This document shows, one piece after another, positions 8,531-18,438 of a DNA stretch of 21,567 nt. The stretch covers positions 1 through 21,567 of the forward strand of contig NW_021823739.1 in NCBI RefSeq assembly GCF_006345805.1, in the 5' to 3' direction. Both the position numbers and the translations under genes were made by a program. The stretch comes from Octopus sinensis. Its lineage: Eukaryota. Numbering within the stretch: the first letter of the stretch is position 1; the number at the start of each line of letters is the position of its first letter. A model generated the notes under the pieces. That model did not search any database, had not been told where the DNA came from, and was given only the letters and a program-made list of their open reading frames with translations.

Positions 8531-9208
8531 GCGGCCCCTCAAAAAACTAGAAATGTGCGTGCGTTTGCATTTGTGAAAGAAAAGAGACGGCGCCATACAG
8601 ACATATGAAAACCTAATTGTATGTATGTGTACATACACACACATATATATACATACAGAAACATGCATATACATACACACATATGTACATATGCATAGAT
8701 ACACCCACACACACGGGCGCATACAAACACACATATATACACACGCACTAGTGTTCGTATGCTCGTGTTTGCTAAATGCCAAACACACGAAAATCTCGAC
8801 CCTCAAGTCACTTTGTAATTTTTGCTGAATATCAATTAAAAAAACTGTGAGTGTGTATATATATATACACATACATACATACACTCTTGTTTTGAGTTAT
8901 ATTTTCTTGTTCGTGTCACCGAATCTACATACATATAAATACACACAAATACACATTAATTTCATGTCAAAGCTAAATTAAAAACAATTTCACATTCAAA
9001 GGCGATCAACTTCGAAGTCACAGTCAGCATTCTCCTTGTAAAAGTGTATGTGTGTGTAATACAGACAGCTGAAGATATACAATGTGTAAGACATACACAT
9101 ATATATACACAAATGCACGTCTATATAAACAAAGAATATTAATGTGCGTATATATTATATAGACAATGAGAGATCACAACACATATATAAACAGATGTAT
9201 GTATATAA

Positions 9209-9263
<55 letters not shown>

Positions 9264-9391
9264 TAGATAAGCCATACATTAACCCATGTGTTGTGTAAGA
9301 TATGAGTGTATGTGGTGACAAGCATGGTTAAGTTCGTTTCGCAGCTGTGGGGTTCCAGGTTCGAATCCCCAAAAGGTTTTCTCTCTCTCTC

Positions 9392-9728
9392 TGCTTCTCA
9401 ACTACATGGTTTAGGGTTCAGTCCCACTGCACAGCACCTTGGACAAAGGCCATCTACTATAACCTCAGGCCAACCAAAGCCTTGGAGTACATTTGGTAGG
9501 CGGAAACTGCATAGAAGCCTTCGTGCGTGTGTATATGTGTGTGTGTTTGCATGTGTCCACTTCTTACCAACCGGTGTTGGTTGATTTACATCCCAGCAAG
9601 TTAGCGTTTCAGTAAAAGAGGTAGATACAATAAGTACCAGATTTAAAAAAAAGTACTGGTATCGATTTATTCGACTTAAATCTTTTCAATGCGGTGCCCC
9701 AGCATGGCCGCAGTCAAATGACTGAAGC
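9392..9728 (+). mobile_element. SINE family A', diverged
   Basis: GGGTTCAGTCCCACTGC, CCTTGGACAAAG, GCGGTGCCCCAGCATGGCCGCAGTCAAATGACTGAA. Confidence 0.8.
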
Positions 9729-10087
9729 TACGAAGAAATATATATATATAAAAGATATATATAGCTGTCGGGTCGGCCATACATGGTGAGAGAAAAACTG
9801 GGGTAGAGAGAATTTGCGGGAACAGGTAGTATTTTGCTCTTCGAGATAGAAATTGCCATAATGCCATAATGGTCCTGCCTGAAAAAATCGTACAACGAAT
9901 GCACGTGTGTGTTGCAGACTGAGGAATACTCGGCCAATCAGTTAGCAGATGATCGAATGAGTTGGAAGATAAATAGTCGAACATAGTAAATGATATCTAT
10001 TTGTTTGGGTTATTATACAAATCTGTGTTTCTGTGTGTGTATAGTGTGAGCATTTGACAGCACTTAGTAAGACACGCGCGCACTCGC

Positions 10088-10570
10088 AGATATATATATA
10101 TATATATATATACATACCGTTTATTAAATGTGGTGTGGACATACACACATTCTGTTTGTGTACATGTATGCACGTACATACATACGCGTATATTAACCGT
10201 GTGTGTATGTGTATATGTATATATATATATATATAAGTGTGTGTGTGTGTATGTGTGTATGTATATATATATGTGTGTGTGTATGTATATATATATATGT
10301 GTGTGTGTGTATGTATGTATATATATATGTGTGTGTGTATATATATATGTGTGTGTGTGTGTGTATGTATATATATGTGTGTGTGTATGTATATATATGT
10401 GTGTGTGCATGTATATATATATGTGTGTGTATATATATATATGTGTGTGTGTATATATATATAGGAAAAAAATTGCTGGCGATATATATATATAATGTAT
10501 GTATACGTATGTGTGTGTATAATACATTAACTATATGGTGTGTACATACATACATACATATATACATACA
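10088..10570. repeat. Compound (TG)/(TA) microsatellite
   Basis: Direct reading. Confidence 0.9.
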
Positions 10571-11043
10571 TAAGTACGTTCACAATGTATAGTAACTACA
10601 TATAGGGTGTATATATACATACATGAGTATATTAACAACGTGGTGTGTGTATAAACAGTGGGGTATTTCGGAACAAGATATAACAGGATGTTCATATAAG
10701 AAACAGAAGCGTGCATGTTAAGCAAAAAATCCCACCCCGACTCACAACGGATAATACAATTGTTGCATACATCCGTAACCATACATACATCGGGCATATG
10801 TGTGGTGTGTATAAATTACGAGCACACCATACATGCATTTTTGAGTCGGCTTGCTTGTAAATTACAAGGCACGCTATACAAGCTTGTCCGACCGTCGTTT
10901 TATCAGAGGCATGAAACTTATAGTAGCTCGTATTTGAATCCTATGTATATTAAATGACATTTATCTTTCACTGAATTGAATACTTTTTTTTATTGATCCC
11001 ACCAGTCTAAATATTTTTTTTATTGATCCCATAGTCAAAAATA

Positions 11044-11089
<46 letters not shown>

Positions 11090-11554
11090 TGTACGAGATG
11101 TTTGGAAACACGAAATATATACATTATTACAGGATATTCAGACGTGTGTATATAAATACGAACTAAGGTTTCTTTCTATCTTTCTCACTCCGTAACCCAA
11201 CTAAGCTCACAAAAATTCTTAGAGAAAATACAATTGTTGCATATATCCAAAACCATACACACACATTGGGGATGTGTGGTGTGTACACACACATACATAC
11301 ATGGAACAATGGGAAAATGGTTCTCGAAGCACAGCACATAGATCTATAACGAACAACCATTGGTTGATGGAGGGGGATGTCGTATCCAAAAACGATTTTT
11401 CAACCTAATATTTACATGCGGTTCTTTATAGCTTTACGTGGTGAGCTTCGAGAACCAGTATTCCAATGAAGAATTATTTCGCATTCCCTCGAAAGTTCAT
11501 AAAATTCTTACATCAACGACATATATATACAATATATATTATATATATATATAG

Positions 11555-12448
11555 TTCTTTATTGCCCACAAGGGGCTAAACATAGAGGGGACAAACAAAG
11601 GGATTAAGTCAATTGCATCGACCCTAGTGCATAACTGGTACTTTATTTATCGACCCCTGAAAGGATGAAAGGCAAAGTCGACCTCGGTGGAATTTGAACT
11701 CAGAATGTAACAGCAGACGAAATACCTATTTCTTTACTACCCACAAGGGGCTAAACACAGAGAGGACAAACAAGGACAGACAAAGGGATTAAGTCGACTA
11801 CATCGACCCCAGTGCGTAACTGGTACTTATTTAATCGACCCCAAAAGGATGACAGGCAAAGTCGACCTCGGTGGAATTTGAACTCAGAATGTAAATGACA
11901 AGTGAAATACCTATTTCTTTACTACCCACAAGGGGCTAAACATAGAAGGGGACAAACAAGGACAGACAAACGGATTAGTATATTTAAAAATAATAATAAT
12001 AATAATGAAATTATTGTATAGTGCTCAGGTGCACTACAATAGATTAAGTCGATTACATCGGTCCCAGTGAGCAACTGGTACTTAAACATAGAAGGGGGCA
12101 AACAAGGACTGGCACACGGATTAAGTCGACAATATCGACCCCAGAGCGTAACTGGTACTTATTTAATCGACCCTGAAAGGATGAAAGGCAAAGTCGACCT
12201 CGGTGGAATTTGAACCCAGAACGTAACTGCAGACGAAATACCTATTTCTTTACTATCCACAAGGGGCTAAACACAGAGGGGACAGACATTAAGTCGATTA
12301 TATCGACCCAAGTGCGTAACTGGTACTTAATTTATCGACCCCAAAAGGAAGAAAAGGGGAACCGACCTCGGCGGAATTTGAACTCAGAACGTAACGACAG
12401 ACGAAATACGGCTACGCTTTTCGCCCGGCGTGCTAACGATTCCGCCAA
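11555..12448 (-). mobile_element. Head-to-tail multimer of SINE B2 (five units)
   Basis: Units ~11555-11725, 11726-11910, 11911-12083 (interrupted), 12083-12241, 12242-12448; junction GAAATACCTATTTC at 11719, 11904, 12235. Confidence 0.9.
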
Positions 12449-12644
12449 ATATATATATACACAGATGACAGTATGAGATAGCCGAAGACACGATATATAT
12501 ACATATATATATACACACACACACGCACGTATGTATAACATTCAGATGGAACATGACATACAGACATCTGTACATGTAAATAACAACCCAAAACTTTTTT
12601 CTCCCTTTCTCCCCGATTTCTCTCCGACCCCGGACCCGACTCAC

Positions 12645-12790
12645 CTCACTACATACTGATCATAGCAGAGACAGTGCAGTTTGGGGCTGCTCTTGGACAG
12701 TTGGTAGACATCGGGGATTGGTAAATAAGTGAAAATCCGTAACAAGAGAGCATCAGGCAACTGAAGCAGATTCAGACTGGGCGCAGCCAT
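12645..12790 (-). CDS. First coding exon of an F-box protein gene (SCF substrate adaptor; class unresolved)
   Basis: Translates MAAPSLNLLQLPDALLLRIFTYLPIPDVYQLSKSSPKLHCLCYDQYVV+AG, matching the F-box pattern L..LP..LL..IF.YL...D...LS.....L..L..D. Kozak-like AAG-ATG-G, in-frame TGA upstream (12806-12808), canonical donor AG|GTGAGT at 12645/12644 (phase 2). Confidence 0.85.
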
Positions 12791-12930
12791 CTTCTCGACA
12801 CACACTCAACACACTTATTCTGCTTCTTAATACTGAAGAGTTCCACTCGTCACAAACGCAACGCAACTCTTACCACCTCGTCCGTCGCCCGCGCCCCCCT
12901 CCCTCCTTCACTTCGCGTTCGTTTCTCATC
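12791..12930 (-). promoter_or_regulatory. Probable 5' UTR / CpG-rich proximal promoter of the F-box gene
   Basis: 11 CpGs in 12841-12921 immediately upstream of the ATG, in an AT-rich background; TSS not locatable from sequence. Confidence 0.5.
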
Positions 12931-12954
12931 CCTCCCTCCGTCTCTTTCTCCGTC

Positions 12955-14900
12955 TATCTTTTTATCCCCCCCCCCCTTGTTTTTCACTCTGTCTTTCTCC
13001 CTTTCCTCTCTTTCTCTGCCTCCCTGTATCTTTACATGTTTCTCCCTTTCCTCTCTTTCCCTTTCTCTCTATGTCTTTATACGTTTCTCTCTTTCCTCTC
13101 TTTCTTTACCTCCGTATATCTTTATATTTCTCTTTCTCTCTATCATAACATCTTTCTCTCTTCCCTTTCTTTCCCTTTCTCTCAATATCTTTTATCCCCC
13201 TTGTTGTTCACTCTGTCTTTCTCCCATTCCTCTCTTTCTCTACTTCGCTATGTCTCTACCTGTCTCTCCCTTTCCTCTCTTTCTCTACCTCCGTATATCT
13301 TTATATATTCTCTCTTTTTCTCACTCTCTCTATCACAACATGTTTCTCCCGTTCCTCTCTTTCCTTTTCTCTCTATGTCTTATACGTTCTCTCTTTCCTC
13401 TCTTTCTTTACCTCCGTATATCTTTATATTTCTCTTTCTCTTATCATAACATCTTTCTCTATTCCTTTCTTTCCCTTTCTCCAATATCTTTTATCCCCCT
13501 TGTTGTTCAACTCTGTCTTTCTCCCATTCCTCTCTTTCTCTACTTCGCTATATCTCTACCTGTCTCTCCCTTTCCTCTCTTTCTCTACCTCCGTATATCT
13601 TTATATATTTCTCTCTTTTCTCACTCTCTCTATCACAACATGTTTCTCCCGTTCCTCTCTTTCCCTTTCTCTCTATGTCTTTATACGTTTTTCTCTTTCC
13701 TCTCTTTCTTTACCTCCCTATATCTTTATATATTTATCTCTCCTCTCTCTCTCTCTATCATAACATGTTTTTCTCTTCCCTTTCTTTCCTTTTCTCTCAA
13801 TCTCTATACGTGTTTCGCTCTACATCTTTTATCCCCCTTGTTTCTCACTCTGTCTTTCTCCCTTTCCTCTCTTTCTCTGCCTCCCTATGTCTTCACATGT
13901 TTCTCTCTTCTCTCTCTGTTTGTCTATCTCTTCTCTCTTCTCTCTGTCTATCATAGCATATTTCTCTCTTCCCTTTATTTCCCTTTCTCTCTATCTCTTT
14001 ACATGTTTCGCTCTACATATTTCCTCTTTCTATATTTCTTTGTCTCCCTCTCATCTCTCTCTCTATATATAAATCTACCTTTCATCTTTTCCTGTCTCTC
14101 TCTCTCTCTCTCTCTCCATGTTTCTCTCGCATCTTCCCCTTTCCCATTTTCCATCTCTCTTTCTTTCTTTATTTCTCTTCTCTATACATAAATCTCCCTT
14201 TCATCCTCCCCCCTCTCTCTCTGTCTCTCCATGTCTCTCTCTCATCTTCCTCTTCCCCATTTCTATATCTCTTTCTTTCTTTCTCTCTACCTTTCATCTT
14301 TTTCTCCTCTTTATCTCTTTCCATATTCCACTCTTATCTCCGAACACATCTCTCTCATGTCTTTCCTTGTATCTCTCATATCTTTCTCACCTCTCTCTCT
14401 CTAATCTCTGTCTTCTTTTGTCTCTCTTTCTCCTCTCTCTCCCTCTCCCCTTCTCTCTCTATCTCTTACCTTCTTTCTTTATCTCTCTTCATATCTCTCA
14501 TTACTCTCCATCTCTCTTCACTTTTCCTTTTGCCTCTCTCTGTATACATCGCTCTCTTTCATCACTCTATCTGTCACTTCCCCTCTTAAAAACCCTACAT
14601 ATCCTTCTCCATCTTTCTCTATATCTCTCATTCTCTGTTCTTCTTTCTCTCACCCTTTCTCTTCCTCTCTCTTTCTCTCTCTCTCTTTATGTCCACCTCT
14701 GTCCCTCTACATTTCTCTATCTCTTACATCTGTTTCCTGTTCCCTTCTTATCTCTCCCTCTCTCTCTCATCCCACTCTCATCTCTCTCTCTCTCTCTCTG
14801 TTATCTATTTTCTTACACCTCTTTTACTTCTTATCTCCCTCTTGAATTTAAAGAACTCAATTCTTTTAATTGTCTCAAAATTCTTCTTACTCCTCTCCAC
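12955..14900. repeat. Pyrimidine-rich complex minisatellite with ~300-bp higher-order duplication, decaying into (TC)-rich low complexity
   Basis: TCTTTTATCCCCCTTG anchors near 12958, 13188, 13487, 13824; CTCCCATTCCTCTCTTTCTCTACTTCGCTA at 13221 and 13521 (offset 300). Confidence 0.85.
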
Positions 14901-14901
14901 C

Positions 14902-14947
14902 CATCTATCTATCTATCTATCTCTCTGTCGATCTATATCTATCTATC

Positions 14948-15001
<54 letters not shown>

Positions 15002-15133
15002 ATGGATGGATGGATAGATAGATCTATCTTTCTATCAATCAATCAAGATACATAAATAGACCTGTCTTTCTAATGAGCTAGATTGATAGATCTTTGTATC
15101 TATCAAGATGGATAGACAGTTAGACAGACAAAC

Positions 15134-15195
<62 letters not shown>

Positions 15196-15300
15196 GTAGA
15201 TAGATAGAAAGGAAGAAGATAGATAGATAGATAGATAAGTAAGTAGATAGGTAGATAGATAGATAGATAAATAGATAGATAGATAGATAGATAGACAGAC

Positions 15301-15349
<49 letters not shown>

Positions 15350-15640
15350 TAGATGGATAGACAGTTAGACAGACAGACAAACAGAAAGATAGATAGATAG
15401 AGTTCCTTGATCTTCACCTCATTACATCTCCTCCTCCCCTCACCCTCACGACCATTTTGCTCTATTTTAAACAATTCGATTCTTTTGATTGTCTCAGTTC
15501 TCCTTCATTTGTAACTAATTTCTAACACTTTCTCTCAATTAAGCCTTCTACTTGTCTGTCTGGCTGCATGTATGTCTATCAATCATCCATCCATCTGTCT
15601 GTCTGTCTCTCTCTGTCTCTGTCTCTCTCTATCTATCTAT

Positions 15641-15727
<87 letters not shown>

Positions 15728-15780
15728 TAGATAGATAGATAGATAGATAAAGATAGATAGATAGATAGATAGATATGCCT
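14902..15780. repeat. Alternating (TCTA)n and (GATA)n tetranucleotide arrays
   Basis: Direct reading. Confidence 0.9.
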
Positions 15781-15849
15781 GTCTTTCTGTATACATGTAT
15801 GTATGTGTGTCTATCTCTCTATCTAAAATATATATAAATACATCACTCT

Positions 15850-16411
15850 CTCTCTTTCTCTCTCTCTCCCTCTCTTTCTCTCTCTTCCTCTCTTTCTCTC
15901 TTCCTCTCTCTCTCCCTCTCTCTCTCTCTTTCAGACTTTATCCTACTTATCTTATTGTTAGCATTTAAGCAAATATTTTAATTAACTCTATCTCCTCCTC
16001 CCTCCCTCTCTTTCTCTCTCTTTCTCACTAACCTTTTCTGTCTCCCTTCTCTTCTTTTTCACTCACTTCTTTACTTCGTTGCCTCTCTTCTTTTTCTTTT
16101 TCTTTTTTTGTCTTACTTCCTTCTTTGTCTCCCTCTCTCTTTACTTTTTGCCTTTTTCCCTTTTTTATTCCACTCTCCCCTCACTTCTCTATCTCCCTCT
16201 CTTTCCCTCTCTCTTCTTACTTCCTTACCTTTCTTTCCTTCTCATCTCTTCTCCTCTCACCCTCTCTTATTCCCTCTTTCTTTTAAACCATTTTGTCTTC
16301 CTCTTTCTTTCTCACTCTCTCTTTGCCTTTCTCTTTCTTTTTCCTTTTCTCTTCTCCATCTCTCCTTCTCTCTCTCTCGCTCTCTCTCCTTCTCTCTCGC
16401 CTTCTCTCTCG

Positions 16412-16445
<34 letters not shown>

Positions 16446-16560
16446 CTCTCTCCTTCTCTCTCTCTTCCCTCTATCTCTGATTCTCTTTCTCTCTCTCTCT
16501 CCCTCTCTCTCATTCTCTCTCCCTCTCTCCCTCTCTCCCTATCTAACTCACCTTTCACTT
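15850..16560. repeat. (TC)-rich low-complexity tract
   Basis: Direct reading. Confidence 0.85.
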
Positions 16561-16639
16561 CTCTTTCTTCACTTCATTACTTTTAATTCCTTTAATCCCA
16601 CCCCACCCCCCACCTGCTCTCATTTTATTACACCAACAG

Positions 16640-16843
16640 CCACAGGTTGGCAGAACTGTTACCAAACCAAACATAATGCTTAGTGACATTCTTTAGGTTC
16701 TGAGTTCAAATTCTGCTCAGGTCAACTTTACTTTCAATTCTCTCATGGTCAACAACAGAAGTACTCATTGACCTCTGTGGTCAATGTAATCAACAAGTGA
16801 CCTCCACAAAATTTCAGACCTTGTACCAAGTGTTGAAAGCATT
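16640..16843 (+). mobile_element. SINE family B1, diverged
   Basis: TGGCAGAACTGTTA, TCTGAGTTCAAATTCTGC, GGTCAATGTAATCAAC, TTTCAGACCTTGTACC. Confidence 0.75.
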
Positions 16844-17537
16844 GGAGGCTCTTGGCTTAGTGGTTAGGGCATTCGGTTCGTGAGTTCAATTCTCGGTGAT
16901 GCATTGTGTCCTTGAGCCAGACACTTCATTTCACGTTGCTCCAGTCCACTCAGTTGGCAAAAATGAGTAGTACTTGTATTTCAAAGGGCCGGTCTTGTCA
17001 CCTTTTGTGTCATGCTGAATCTCCCTAAGAACTACATTGAGGGTACACGTGTCTGTGGAGTACTCAGCCACTTGCATGTTAATTTCATGAGCATAGGCAT
17101 AGGAGTGGCTGTGTGGTAAGTAGCTTGCTTACCAACCACATGGTTCTGGGTTCAGTCCCACTGTGTGGCACATTGGGCAAGTGTCTTCCACTATAGCCTC
17201 GGGCCGACCAAAGCCTTGTGAGTGGATTTGGTAGATGGAAACTGAAAGAAGCCTGTCGTATATATGTATATATATATATGTGTGTGTATGTTTGCCTGTT
17301 GAGTTTGTCCTCCCAACATCGCCTCACAACCGATGCTGGTGTGTTTACGTCTCCGTAACTTAGTGGTTCAGCAAAAGAGACCGATAGAATAAGTACTAGG
17401 CTTACAAAGAATAAGTTGATTTGCTCGACTAAAGGCAGTGCTCCAGATGACTGAAACAAGTAAATAAATAAATGAGTAAAGCTGTTCCATTGATCATATC
17501 AGCTGGGACCCTCATTGACGTAACCAGCAGAGTGCTC
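16844..17537 (+). mobile_element. tRNA-derived CORE-type SINE, family E, split by a family A insertion
   Basis: TGGCTTAGTGGTTAG A-box, GAGTTCAATTC B-box-like, TGTGTCCTTGAGCCAGACACTT resembling the CORE domain of MIR/AFC SINEs (recalled); 3' part resumes at ~17478 and matches the uninterrupted minus copy. Confidence 0.8.
17096..17472 (+). mobile_element. SINE family A nested in family E
   Basis: Collinear with 35-435, with small 3' deletions. Confidence 0.9.
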
Positions 17538-17541
17538 CCTT

Positions 17542-18103
17542 GAAATCAAACCAAATTCGTCGACTAGCACCCATGCCAACCTCCCTTCACTGGACACAAA
17601 ACTCTGCTTGCGAAGACCTGTTGGAGCAAGTGAAATCGAAATTGAACCAAATTCGATGACTTGCACCCGTGCCAGTGGGGCGCTAACAGCTCCATCCGAG
17701 TGGGGTCACTGCCAGAGCAGCTGTCTGGCACGTAAAGAGCCCCATTTGAGTGTGATCGTTATCAGCGTCGCCTTACTGGCACTTAGGCCGGCGGCACATA
17801 AACAAACATTCAAGCGAGGTCATTGCCAGTGTTGCTGGACTGACTCCTGTGCAGGTGGCGTGTAAAAAACACCATTTTCGAGCGTGGCCGTTGCCAGTAC
17901 TGCCAGACTGGCCCTCGTGCCGGTGGCACCCACTAAAAGCACCCACTACACTCACGGAGTGGTTGGCGTTAGGAAGGGCATCCAGCTGTAGAAACTCTGC
18001 CAGATCAGATTGGAGCCTGGTGCAGCCATCTGGTTCGCCAGTCCTCAATCAAATCATCCAACCCATGCTAGCATGGAAAGCAGACATTAAACAATGATGA
18101 TGA
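17542..18103 (+). mobile_element. Family C, longest copy, internal ~65-bp modules and (ATG)n tail
   Basis: Reverse complement of 2231-2577 at its 3' end; CCATGCTAGCATGG palindrome; ATGATGATGA tail. Confidence 0.85.
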
Positions 18104-18120
18104 TATATATATATACATAT

Positions 18121-18437
18121 GGCACTGCATCAGTTATGACAACAAGTGTTTCAGTTGATCCGATTACAAAAATGACCTGCTCTTGAAATTAATATGCAGG
18201 TGGCTGAGGACTCCACGGACATGTGTACCCTTAACGTAGTTCTCAGAGAGATTCAGTGTGACACAAAGTGTGACAAGGCTGGTCATTTGAAATACAGCTA
18301 CTACTCATTTTTGCCATCTGAGTGGACTGGAGCAAAATGAAATAAAGTATCTTGCTCAAGGACACACGTCAATGGGAACTGAACCCACGACCTTAGTATT
18401 GTGAGCCAAATACCCGAACCACTAAGCCACGTGCCTT
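18121..18437 (-). mobile_element. SINE family E, inverted copy
   Basis: Reverse complement of 16844-17095 plus 17478-17537; CTTGCTCAAGGACACA, ACCACTAAGCCAC. Confidence 0.85.
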
Positions 18438-18438
18438 C

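Noticed and set aside
12645-12790. Assigning the symbol FBXL18
   Set aside because: The resemblance rests on a few recalled residues of a generic F-box; no downstream domain is visible.
12833-12873. Apparent GT-AG pair in the F-box 5' region
   Set aside because: The implied 41-nt intron is implausibly short and lacks a clear pyrimidine tract.
12977-15021. Long ORFs of 404, 299 and 110-137 aa rich in L/S/F
   Set aside because: Translations of a T/C-rich minisatellite that cannot form stop codons; no domain signal.
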